Assembly (NCBI GenBank): GCA_044892525.1
Contig: CM097886.1
Span: 110,918,001 to 110,982,000 of the forward strand
Direction: 5' to 3'
DNA from: Schmidtea polychroa
Lineage: Eukaryota
Length of the DNA: 64,000 bases
The notes beneath the pieces are model-generated. The model had not been told where the DNA came from. It worked only from the letters and a program-made list of their open reading frames with translations, and searched no databases. Positions 17,601 through 29,100 of this stretch are shown here, one piece after another (the stretch's first letter is position 1; each line of letters starts with the position of its first letter). The position numbers were made by a program, and so were the translations under genes.

Positions 17601-19068
17601 ACCTCATATTAGCATTTTTCTTGTGTGGCATTTTTATTAAAGCAGGTTGATTCTTACAACAGAGTCTCTCATGTTTAATAGCAGCAAGTTTTGAAGTTGA
17701 ATGATATAAACATCTTTTACAACATATGCCTCCACGAATGAGTGTGTTTCCTTTCATAAAACTTTGAAAATTCTTTATTAAGATATAATGAAGTTTTTTA
17801 TCTAACATAGTGCCTCCGGACGCAGTGCTTTCTGCTTCTGGTTCTAATGAAATGCCTTCTTCTGCTTCCATAACCTTCGGGTGAATACTTTGAACCTCTT
17901 CACCATATTCTTCTCCATCAAACTCTTCGTCTGCTTTACCTTCTTCTAATATTAAAAGATCTACTTCTCTCTTTTCATCTGAGATTTCCATATTAGAAAT
18001 GTAAATAGGAATAATTTGTTTATAATTTTTATATTTTCTAGTTTTTGTAATTTTGGTTGGAATGAATTGATAAATATTAATTTTAAGATTATTTAATTTT
18101 TCAAATGCTAGAACATCTTCAATTTTCATTGGGTGGGAAAAATCTTTTGGATATATTAATTCAGATTCATATTCTTCATATTTTTGAACTCTCTGTGGGT
18201 TAGTTGCTTGAGGATGTAAGTGTGCAAGTATTGACCATTGAAAACATTTATTATCTTTATTCTGTACATTTATAACATGGTTGGAGGTGAATGGTGTATG
18301 AATAAAAGATTTAGGATTTGGTGGTGCACCTCTCCAGTATTCAATCTCTATGTTTTGAAAAGAGTGGAATCTTAAATTAGATTCTCCTAGTTCTTGTTCC
18401 ACCTGTTCTTGTTTTTCTTCCAATTCTTTAGCTATATCATTAACAAGTTTATTTCCTGCTTTTGTAGAAAATAAATATTTATATGAGGTTTCAATTTTTA
18501 CATCTAGAGGCATTGCGATCGAATCATCTCCTCTCCAGTATTTTGCATTTCCTGTAAATTTAACTTTTATAACATTAAATCTTGATCTACCAAATTTTTT
18601 TATAGCATCATCCATTGATGATATTATTTTTTTTTTATTTTCTCTTATATATTGCATGATTGATCTGGGTCCTCGTTTTACTTCTGCAATTACATCGGTG
18701 TGATTGAAGTTGTCCCAATTAAACTCTAGTTTTTCAGCTTTTTCAGTCATTGAGTTTGAATCAGAATCTTTTGCTTCAAGACCACAATCTTCTATGTGTC
18801 TTAAGTAAAAAGATTTTATCTTCATATTTTTTCCACATGCTGAACATTCGAATATTTCTCTGTTTTTAGGAACTCCAATACAATTTTTAAAATATTTCTT
18901 ATAACCTGAAAATAAATATCTATCCTTACATTTAGTACAGATTTTGGAATTAGTGTCATCTAGTGTGTTAGCTTTTATTAAATGGTCTTTTGATTTTTTA
19001 TGAGATGTTAAAGCAGTTTTATTTTTAAAATATTTTTCACAAATTTCACAATTGAAAATAGCTTCCAT
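14683..19068 (-). CDS. polB: Protein-primed family B DNA polymerase (N-terminal ZnF, terminal protein region, vOTU-like region, Endo VII finger), 1461 aa
   Basis: Exo motifs YCDFE, FHNLFGYD, YLSLDV; Pol motifs DATALYG, KLLNNAVFGK, MDTDS; EndoVII-like CWMC..DHDH..YRGAAH..CN; NKCF...HY Cys/His pair. Confidence 0.96.
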   Translation of the reverse strand: MEAIFNCEICEKYFKNKTALTSHKKSKDHLIKANTLDDTNSKICTKCKDRYLFSGYKKYFKNCIGVPKNREIFECSACGKNMKIKSFYLRHIEDCGLEAKDSDSNSMTEKAEKLEFNWDNFNHTDVIAEVKRGPRSIMQYIRENKKKIISSMDDAIKKFGRSRFNVIKVKFTGNAKYWRGDDSIAMPLDVKIETSYKYLFSTKAGNKLVNDIAKELEEKQEQVEQELGESNLRFHSFQNIEIEYWRGAPPNPKSFIHTPFTSNHVINVQNKDNKCFQWSILAHLHPQATNPQRVQKYEEYESELIYPKDFSHPMKIEDVLAFEKLNNLKINIYQFIPTKITKTRKYKNYKQIIPIYISNMEISDEKREVDLLILEEGKADEEFDGEEYGEEVQSIHPKVMEAEEGISLEPEAESTASGGTMLDKKLHYILIKNFQSFMKGNTLIRGGICCKRCLYHSTSKLAAIKHERLCCKNQPALIKMPHKKNANMRFKNYSNLLEALGVVYCDFEAINVKLRRTKTNTVKLTKQLPSAYKMFFKSNYPELVESREYSFRGTSDKETLDHFVETLNNLEHELYIILKSNFPMNFSEEQEEEYKNATHCWMCKQEFEDEESTSELKVPDHDHFKIENNYRGAAHKNCNLNCKKPTHIPFIFHNLFGYDIHLFIKHLAANAKNSFKVIGLTKEKYKSIQYGCFKFLDSLNFLGMSLDGIAKTMNPEDFKYTKEHVLLKNNIPLEEYNTCLAKGIYPYDYIDSFEKYNELLPAQEDFFSVLTQSGISDQEYSRALKMWNLFNCRNLGEYTDMYLSLDVYILADYFETFSKAFELKPYNYITAPSLAWDILLYSIWTDEDIAERNKTIELLVDLDMFNVYKHNIRGGISSVQGNREINANNFTTLYPKFFKDTDALYVEITNPEDREEILEGLSNPSEIMYIDATALYGGVMTQYLPIGKFTWEEPTEELIQEILKTPKNSQYGYVIECDLEYPNEIKSRTRFFPFAPVRRKISTEELSDWQMAQDRSPCIKLLCDQTDKTDYLCHYRLLQFYLSHGMVLKKVHSIIKFRQAPFMKKFIEGNILKRNAAKRAGNAFLDMIYKLLNNAVFGKTMENIDKYTRVELLTNTSKDLNRYNWIIGKPTFKNAEIFSSNLIAIEIKNSVKTYNKPIFIGFSILELSKLQMYEAYYDVLVPHFGDRISMHAMDTDSMFLKGYSKDFKKEIREDPTLNKLINNSGELFTFKDEKPNTPITGGVFIRPKQYSLEMKDKPIMKEHTIKFIIEGSVEVDRTFEYPSFPENPKSYKENKSKGIQKSVSKTFTHQEYKDSLNINYKNKIAKTHHLKSEKHNIYLEECNKIAITNYDDKRFILSDLKTTLPIGNDLIPIIKNLDKINEIYNLEITDLQLAKVEIQYPEILIPKPLYNQVQNIKPIELKYFNTDPEYIQGLTPEDFKSHKLMLKSITAEIIINQLRLL

Positions 19069-19180
19069 TTTTAAAAGAATTTTTTGGTTGGATACGATGT
19101 TTTGGTTTTGATATTAATTTTTATTAATTTTTAAATCCTTATAACGTTAAATCCTTAAATCCTTAAATCCTTTAAATCCT

Positions 19181-19444
19181 TAAATCCTTAAGACCAAGTA
19201 GTGAGGAATCTATGCACCCCGTTACCTTTTCTCGGAATTACTAATCTATAAATACATCTATTCCGAACTTTTTTACTTTTAAGGGAAGAAATTAAGGGTT
19301 AATGGCAATAGGGGACAAAGTTTAAAAGTTAAAAAAAGTGAAGAATATGGGGTAAAAAAGCATATAAATGTGGAAAATATGGGTCAATAGCGCTGTTTTT
19401 TTTTTGAGGGTGGGGGTGCTGGGGTGCATAGATTCCTCACTACT
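19181..19444 (-). repeat. Right terminal inverted repeat of the Polinton
   Basis: Reverse complement of 4270-4531; followed by TSD GATATT. Confidence 0.96.
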
Positions 19445-20292
19445 GATATTTTAAGTCCAATAAATATTACAAGTAAAGTACTTCAGAAAGAAAATTTTAA
19501 TGTTTCGGAAGCTACAACAGTACTTTCTAATAGTATTGACTATTTAAAAAAGTACAGAACAGATGATAAGTTTAAGTTATTCAAGAGGCCAAAGAAATTG
19601 CACTACAATTAGAAATTTAGCCAGAGTTTGAGAAAATAAGAAATCGTCGCAGAAGAAAGCAATTCGAAGTAATCAATGATGCAGCACAAAATTTTAAGAA
19701 TAATTTTTTAAAAAAATCCTTGATCAAGCAACTGTGTCATCAAATGATAGGTTTACGTTGATTCGGGAGCACAATAAAAATTTTNNNNNNNNNNNNNNNN
19801 NNNNNNNNNNNNNNNNNNNNNNNNNNNNNNNNNNNNNNNNNNNNNNNNNNNNNNNNNNNNNNNNNNNNNNNNNNNNNNNNNNNNNNNNNNNNNNNNNNNN
19901 NNNNNNNNNNNNNNNNNNNNNNNNNNNNNNNNNNNNNNNNNNNACTGCGGGAACCGTATAAATCCGCACGGCCGTTTGCATGCAGTAATGAGACACAAAA
20001 TATGCAAAAGCGCCCCGCAGCGAATCTTGCTACACTCTTAAAATATATCGGAATATATATGCTACGTTAATTATTAGCATCATCTTTGGCCAACGTTTTC
20101 ATAGCGCTAAGAGGTGAAAAGAGTTTTTCAAAATTAAAACTAATTAGAACCTATATACGCTCTACGATGAGACAAGAACGATTAGATGCTCTGGCCACTT
20201 TGCCAATTGAACTTGAAATTGCCAAAAATTTAAATGAAGAGGAATTAATTGATAGGTTTGCTACCATAAAGGCTCGAAAGATTAGTTTTTAA
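19445..20292 (+). pseudogene. hAT (ZMYM1-like) transposase remnant interrupted by the Polinton and by an N gap
   Basis: The frame LIV*YDI (left flank, ~4249-4269) continues as DILSPINITSKVLQ (right flank). The C-terminal dimerization segment GEKSFSKLKLIRTYIRSTMRQERL is at 20086-20292. Confidence 0.8.
19785..19943. other. Assembly gap (others at 53785-53913 and 61945-62095)
   Basis: Runs of N. Confidence 0.99.
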
Positions 20293-21189
20293 ATCAACAT
20301 TCGAAGACCAGAAAGTATATCTTATGATTTGGAAATTTCTTGAAGATTAGATTACTAAATTATGATTTTCTTATTTATAGGTTTATAGTTAATGGATTTA
20401 ATGAACTCTTAAATATTGAATAAAAATATAAATATTAAATTTTAAATAAATATATTCATACATTTTCAAAGTATTTTTATTATTAAAAAGTTTAAGAAAT
20501 AATATGGGAGCGGAAAAATTTATATACATTTGTCTACTGTTACCGATAACGAGATTACTTTGATAAAAAAAATTTTGTAAGTCTTAACGCCTATAAAAAT
20601 GGGGGTTACCGAATTATAGAAAAAAGGATGCAACTCTAATAACAGCTGAAGGCGTTTACAAATAAATTGGATGAAAACAAAAATTGCATTAGTACAAATT
20701 TACTTGCAACAGTTAAGAAAAGAATACATGAACGCCGTGATGAAGTTTTAATGACCTTACCAATATACCTCGATAGTGGAAATATTCCTAAGTCAACCGA
20801 ACATTTTAGAAATTCATCAACGAATGCAGCAATATTGTTAGGAGTCAAGATTATGCAACACATTTTACCTCAAAAGATTCATTAGACCTAAACGAACACA
20901 GAATTCCTGAAGAATTCAACCCTTCTATACTAGAAAAAACTTCAGTTGATCAAAACATCCATGAAGAGCCTCAAGATTATAGATTCAATAACTAATTTAT
21001 CATCACCATCACAGTGTTGCTGGAAATAATTTACAAAAACAATTAAAAAATGACTTTCGCAAACACCCTTATTGGATATATTGTACCAGAGCTTTTTTGT
21101 AAGAAAAAAGTGCATGAACTCATCTGTGTTTGCCATTATGTCAAAAAATGACGCCGAAATTAGCTAACAAATTATAAAATAAATTTTAT

Positions 21190-22726
21190 ACGACACTAAC
21201 TATAAATCTATAAACTCAATTTTATAATAAATCCCACAATTTTTTTCCAATTTTCGTCAGACAAATCATCTCGACTCCTTTCCTTGCTATTAGTGTCTAC
21301 AGCTAAATGTCTTCCCCGAAGTAACCACAAATCAACATACTTTGAAGGATCGAAGCGTGTGAGTGGTGGTCCAGATAATCTGATGAATAACAGTGATGAA
21401 ACTGTTTTAATTATCAATGAAGCTCTTGTTGGAGTGATGATCAGATTCATTTGTGAAAATCCTCTTTCGCATTCTTTTGAAGAAATTTGGATAGTATGTA
21501 GAGCGTGTACCAAATGAAGTAGTTTTCAGGACGTATTTTTCTTCAAGTTATTCACGGGATCCACGAATCATTTCTCTTCATTTAATTGTAGTCTTATTGG
21601 CAAGTTTCTTATTTCAGTTTCTCCAAATTTCAGTTGAGCGTCAATGTTTTCTGGTCAATGTCTTTGGTCTAAGATGCGAGCCCACTGAGCTAATTCAACG
21701 TCTTCGTCAGCAAGCAACCTTTTCTCAAATGACTCTTAGTTATATATAAAAGGCATTCGGATCAATAGCAGGATAATTTTTGCAATCTTTCTTGTGAAGT
21801 AGAAAACTCCATTAAAGCAGAGATTCTGTGCAGCACATTTGTAATAGGGACCAACATTTTGTCTTCTTTCTTCAAATACTTTTAAAAGTGCTTTTATTTT
21901 TTGATTTGCCTTCTACAGATCCAGGTTGCGTTCTTGGAGGTCCAAACTTAACTCCTATAATTTTAGAAGAGCATCAAACAAGATCCATTAAAAACTCAGT
22001 AGATGCAATTGTTTTTAAACCTTCACAAGTGCATTTATCATTGTTGTCCCTTGTAGGATCAACCATCGCTTCTTCAAAATGCTTCGCCAGCGCTTCATAA
22101 TTTTCTTATATTGCAAAAACTGAACAGAAACTAGATGATACATAGGGTATTTAAAATTCGACCAATTTTCAACAGCCCAAAATCAAGTAATTCCCCACAT
22201 GAATTTAACTCTGCAATTTTCTTTAGGGAGGTATTATACACAGCGTAAAGGTTATCAAGAAATGATTTAAATCTATTGATTCCTGAAATATCATTACTGA
22301 TAAGTCCAGTCTATGATTAGCACAATGCCAAAATATAACAGGAGGAAATTTTTCAGTGAGTGATTTCTTAACTCCACTTTTTATCTTTTCATCACTGCTG
22401 CGCCGTTCCAGCAAAAAAAGCACTGTATTGTACCATTCCCTTTTAGTTATTAGACCGACACCAATTGATATTTATATAGGGGTCGAAAAAATTGTTTCGC
22501 TTCTCGGCTATACACATTTGTCCCTGATGCATTACTATCATTTTATAACGATTTATACTGTTATATTGTATATTGAGCTCTAATTATTTAATTAAATCGT
22601 CTTTCCAAAGAGGACCCAAAAAAATGTTTTGCCTGTGGCGCAAAACTCCTCTGTAACAATAAGCCCTTCTTTCAATTAACACTCTCCCCTCCCTTTAAAA
22701 AAATATTTGGTAGGCCTACGCCACTG
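21190..22726 (-). mobile_element. Degenerate hAT element with KIAA1586-like transposase fragments
   Basis: Fragments WHCANHRLDL and SSKECERGFSQMNLIIT..R..L....S.LLFI.L.GPP; hAT end CAGTGGCGTAG at 22716-22726 (a second similar end lies at 22948-22958). Confidence 0.75.
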
Positions 22727-23761
22727 GTCTCATACCGTACAAAATAAACAAGATGTTCCATCATAAATAAACAAGTGTTCCGTCGCAGGAAAAGTTTTGG
22801 AAACCCTTGTCTAATTCAATTGTGCTTCCAAAGAGGGCCAAAAGTTTTTTTCCCTGTGGTGCTATGGTGCTCCACACCTATTTCACTTGTGTATGCCATA
22901 TAGGGGGCCCATCTATGACTCATTGCATAGGAGTCCAAAATTTCTAGCTACGCCACTGGACATCTTTATTTTCGATTTTTATCGATTTTTATTAAAAATG
23001 TGTTTACCTTATAATATAAATGCTGTGTTAAATTTAAGACATGCTTATGCATAGTTTAGGTTTGTGTTTCCCATACTCTTGCTTTGCATCACAATATTAA
23101 AGCCTGGAATTTTTCACGAACCTTTTCAGAAATAATGCTCATTTATTTTTGAGCATTTATTGAATAAAATTGATAAGCCTGCAGTCCTGATTTAAAATTT
23201 TTAGATTTGATTTCCGTCCAAACTACGAATCCAAATTTACAAGCCTAGAAGATAAATGGGATAATGAATTTTATTGCTTTTGCTGATTGACAATTGCTCT
23301 TATTCCTCTGTTGTATGATTTGATATTTCACTGCTTTTGAATTAATAAATCACAAATCCATATTCGTCGTCGTTAGATTATGGTAAGTAGTGTTAAATTG
23401 CAGATTGTATTTCTTGCAGAATTTAGGGAACGAGAATTTAGTTTGAAAAAAAATTGTGAATATAAATCAACAACTTAACATTTTTATTGTAATCTTATCG
23501 AAAATCTATTTTTTCGATCGAATATTATAATAAAAATTCAATTTTACAAATATAATTAAAGTTAAATCTATTTTATGAAACAATATATTTTAGAAATAAG
23601 AAAATTAATATTAAACAATAATTTTGTGATAAAAACAAATAACAAATGATAAATTTCTGATTAAAACTAAATATATGATAACTAATATTTGCTAGCGCGC
23701 ACAACCATTGATCGTGATTGGTCAAATGAACAGCACCAGCAAATCGATATCATGTATATAT

Positions 23762-26118
23762 CTAATGACAAGAACAAGTAAATACAATAGAATCGTTTTG
23801 TAGAATGTGGTCATTGTTTAATACTACATTTAATAAAATAAAGCAGTTTTCACCGACGGCATGATTGCGCCCCCTTAGCGGTTTGTGAAAACCTATCAAA
23901 TCCTTGTTTTTGCAATTATCGTAACTGAATGTTTTACTAAAATGAATTTGATTTGATGTCTGGTTCATCAAACTGATGGTCACGCAACGCCTCATTGGCC
24001 ATTCTAATTTTTCATCATGAGTTCCTCGAGATAAATAAAAGAAAACCGACAGATATTTATCCCGACCACTACCATATCCATTCGGATATAGCTCTAGTAC
24101 CAATTGGTAACCATTGATATGGGAATAAAATTGATCACTGGTAAAAGTTGATATTTCTCCTTTTTTTGCCCATTGTAACTTATTATAGAAATTTTCGATT
24201 TTCCAACGAAAGGGTTTATACAAATTATTGTTTTGGACAAAATTAAGAATTCTATTCCTAGCTTTCGATGCAGATTTTACTGGGATCGGGGAAGTTTGCG
24301 TATTATGATGATAATCTGGTTTCCATTCAATTGTTTGCTGATTCATATTTGATTTGATTACTAACCTTTCGACACCGTTAACTATTGATTTGCACTGAAA
24401 ATTCAAAATCAAGCAAATTTTCTTTCTGTTCCATCATAGGTGATATCAATCAAATTTATTTATCAAAGAAACAAAATTAACAAAAAACATGATAAGTGGA
24501 AATTAGAAATAAATTCAAGTTATTAAAAATCCATATCTAATGATTGACTATTTTCAAAATTATTTAAATTAAAATTATATAAATATTAAAACTGATTTAT
24601 GTAGAAAAAAACATTGAAAATAAATGATTTTGATAAAATTGAATATAATTTGGTTTTTTGAAATCAATATAATTTTATCAAATATACTTTTGTTTGTTCT
24701 AATTGAAATTAATTTATAGTTAAGATAATTCATATTTGAAATCATGAAAGTAGTGATGAAGATGAAATCATGCAAGAAGTTAGAGACTTGAGCATTTTGA
24801 GCAGAGGGGTCGAAGGTTATTATTATTAAACAATTAATTAATGCGGTTACCAGGAAATCATCACTTTATACTTATTATTATTATTTATTATTACAAGTAA
24901 ATGATAATATATGTCTTTTGCTGCAAATTATATATTGAATAAAATGAAAAATATGTCGATACATAATATAAAAATAATCCTTATCAATTTCAGAAATTAT
25001 TATCATTTAGCAAAATATTAAGACATTTATATGTATTAGTTAGAAATACACTGATATGTGAAATAACGATTGCCAAATTCATATGCAATTTAAGTAAAAC
25101 ATGAACATTTGTATATTATTTAGCAAAGTCTTGTAATTAATATAATTTAATTAAAAAATAATACTTAAATAAACACGGTAAAGATTTTATTAATAAAAAT
25201 CGCCATTCATACATCTTTTTCACTATATATTTCGATAGCATCACTATCATCATCATGTTACCTACATTCACGACGGTTGAATAACTATACTATATTGATA
25301 ATATATAAACAAATTATAAAATCTATAAATTTTAAATTATAAATAAAAATTTCAAACATTTATTTTTTTTTATTTTTATAAATAATTTTCAACAATCAAT
25401 TATATTTAAACTTTTAAAATTATTAAAAATATTATTTTAATTATTTTTTTAATTATTTAACATAACTATTATTAATATACATCAACATACAAAAACTTAA
25501 TTAAAAACATTTAACACACAAGTATTCACTGCATTCTGCACATTGATTTTAGGATTAAAAGTTCTTATCAATAATGCTTCACATATCACACGCTCAAAAC
25601 AATTATCAAAACTTTTTGATAAGATTTTAAAATCAGACATTCCTAATTCTCTCATACAGACTTTATTGTGATCCTTAATATTGGACACTCCTTTCGGTCG
25701 ACAGTGTTCTTCAACTCGAGTACAGAGATGACGGGAAGTCTCTCCAATGTATGTAGCATTACACCCATTACACGTGAATTGATAAACGAGATCCGAAAAC
25801 AATCCAACCAGCGTTTGAGATTTACTAACAAACATACTACGTACTTTGCACGATTTTGAAACAATTCTATAATTCAATGTACCTAACTGTTTACCAATCT
25901 TTCTTTTGAAATCTTTATATCCTTCAGAATACGGCAATACCATCGTATATTTTGGCTCATCTTGTTTGTTAGTATCAATACTCATATTCACTACATCATT
26001 CGATATATCAGTCAATTTACATTCATTCATACTACGATTCTTAGCATTATTCATACATTTATCAACAGTCTCTTTCAACGTTAACAATAAAACCCGTTTT
26101 GAGTAGCCATTCTTCACC

Positions 26119-26187
<69 letters not shown>

Positions 26188-29100
26188 TAAAAAAAGTTTG
26201 AAGACTGTAAATCAGTAGTATATTGATGTTTGTTGATACTCACGAATTTTTGGCACTGCATTTTTCAAGTGATTTTCAAGTGATTTTCAAAAAAAAATCA
26301 CTTGAAAATCACTTGAAAAAGCAGTGCCAAAAATTCGTGAGTATCAACAAACATCGATATTTAATAAATTTAATGGAAAATAATCAGTGGTGAAATTGGA
26401 AGAAATAAAAGTTCTTATAATAATATAAACCTAAAAATTCCTTGCTCTTCTAAGCAACATTTACCAAATTCTGAAGTAATTATGTATTTGTACCATAAAT
26501 GGTAATAGTAACATGGAGTTCTGGCAAACGATGGGTTCTCTCAATGGATTCTAAGAGTTCTATCAACAGGATTCTATTGTCAAAAAGGATTATTAACGGG
26601 TCTGCCCAACCAGTCGATTGTGATACGAATTCCTACTACTACACAAATATGACAGAATCTGCATTTTCAGACATGAATCTTATTAAATCGGAAATCAGAA
26701 ATTCTTTAACAGATATTCACCTTGATCAATGTTTATGATCATATAATCCAGATTTTGAAAAAATTGCTAAGTCAAACCAATACCAAAGATCACATTAATA
26801 TATGCTTGTTTTCTTATATTTTTTTGAAATTAATTAATTTTTTTATTTGTTTTTACTTTTTAATTTTATAATGAAGTGAAAATTAATTAAATTAATTAAA
26901 GATTTATATTTTTTGTACAAGTTAAGTCAATCTTTAGTATAAAAAGTTGGGCAGGCCTGGTTGTTACAGACAGAATTAGGTCTTACAAACCTTTTTTGTT
27001 TGTACAAAAATGTAGGTGTAGGGTTTGCAATCCCGGGATCCTGTGATTTCCCCACACCGAAATCCCGGGATCCAGTATAATTTCCCCACACCAAAATCCC
27101 ATGATTCAGTATGATTTCCCCAGCCCGAAAACCCGGGATTCGTTTAAAACAATCCCGGGATTTCGGGATTACAATAATTTTTATATTGGTGTGATTTGCA
27201 GCAATGAGATATATGAATATCAATATATGTAATATTTATTATCTAATTCATTCAGTAATTATTGTTGGTACAACTTTTTTGATTATTAGTGCGTGGAAAT
27301 TATTTCTGTTGTCAATGTTAATAAATAACTACACAAGCGCGAAATTACTAAAAAATTAGGTAAGAAAAAAGGGATTAAAAACAAAGAAAATGAAACAATA
27401 AGAGCGCGATCAAATTCATAAAGAAAGTAAAAAGTAAAAATCTAAAAAACGAAATTTATCTAAAAACAAAAATATATTTTTTAAAATCATATTCGTTAAT
27501 TTTATACATTATTGGGGTTTTTGTAAATGGAAATAATGTAATATAATTACATATTTTGTTTAAATTTGTATTTTATACAGTAATTTAGTGTGTTCAGTCT
27601 TTATATAAGAATATAAAAATCTATGAACAATAAATTAGAATAGACATTTTCGATCCAATCCAAATTTAAATATATGTAAGTAAAGCAAAGAGACTATCAG
27701 TAACAGAAATAATTTACACTTAATTTAATAATTCTTTAGCTCCTAAATCATGACGTCATAATTCAAATTCATTGAATTCAACAGCACAGCTCCAATATGG
27801 AAGTATTTTCTGCGAGATAAAGAAATCGAAACTGCGAAGTGCAAAATTAATACTTGCGCGAAAATATTGAATATCGGTGGAGGCTCAACAGAAGGACTGC
27901 ACTACCACTTTTCATCTGCACATAAAATCTACTTAAAAATGAAATCATCAAGTTTATCGATCAAAAAACAAAGTCAAAGAGGAAATTCATGCATTATCCT
28001 GAATACTAGAACCTCATATCAGGTCATGATCTAACATCAAACTTGCATTAATGGTATCCATTCAGTCTGCCAAAGTTAAAAGAAACTTTCATTTTAATAA
28101 ACTCTCAAATATTACCACGACTGATTGAATATCTTATAAAAATCCAATGATAAAATGAATGTTAAAATATGAATAATTTATAAAGGAAAATTATACAATC
28201 ATGAAAATTTACTTCTAAATTTTCACTCAATTTATGACGAGGGGGTATCGAGCAAGTTGTATCGAGGATAACACTTCTATTGTTGTGAAGTTGATGCTTT
28301 GTGTTTCCGCATATGTCAATTGTAGATTTCCTATTATCCAGCACATCATCATTCCTACTAGATTTATTTTCTTTATCCGATTCTATTTTCAAACGCAACT
28401 GAATCATTTTTTCCTCTAATTCCTCCTAGAATTGTTGTTATTCAGACAAAATAATTCTATCAAATTACATTTTTCTTTTTATTTTTATTCGCAATAGAAA
28501 TTGCATTAGAAATTCTGTTAGTTGTTTCTTTACTTTTGGTTGTGATATCATCCTTAAAGTTCTTGATTTCATTTTTTATATCTTGTAAAAGTTTCTAAAC
28601 CGTCATCAAATAATATGAATTGCATTATTATATTACTTGGTTGCTCAGTGAATAATCTGAATTTGAAATTGACTTCTTGTTAATATTGCCAATAACATTT
28701 GAACAAGCACCAAATTGTTCAGTGGGAAGGCTTGTAACTTTATTGTTTATGTTATTTAATAAATCCTATTATGAATTTCAGTAACAAATGTAATAATTCA
28801 ATATAAAATGTAATAATGTAATTCATTAATTTATATAACGATTAAAAAACGGGATCAATAGGAATTATTATGTAAATGCTATAATTTTTTTGTAATTTTA
28901 AATTATTTTTATTTATAATAAAACGCCAATTAAACATTCTTTTCACGATATATTTCGACAGTATTCCTGTCATCATCAGGTGGGATATAATAACTATATT
29001 AATTAAGGATTTTAAACAAATTTATTAGTTTTATTAATTATAAAAAATTTTATTACTTAATAAAAAATTTCATTTTTTAAAAATTATATATTATTTTTAA

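Larger units (their letters stand above)
4270..19444. mobile_element. Full-length Polinton/Maverick (adintovirus-like endogenous virus), 15,175 bp
   Basis: AGTAGT...ACTACT termini, matching ~262-bp TIRs, perfect 6-bp TSD GATATT (4264-4269 and 19445-19450), and the hallmark gene set (pPolB, rve integrase, capsids, ATPase, cysteine protease). Confidence 0.97.

Noticed and set aside
19724-20007. ORFs spanning the N gap (also at 53756-53944 and 61863-62129)
   Set aside because: Artefacts of translating N runs.
19944-20040. GC-richer segment after the gap, possibly a SINE or other repeat end
   Set aside because: Truncated by the gap; no family-defining feature visible.
28162-28407. 81-aa stand-alone ORF
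   Set aside because: Better explained as an internal exon (28425-28213) of TRAF gene B.
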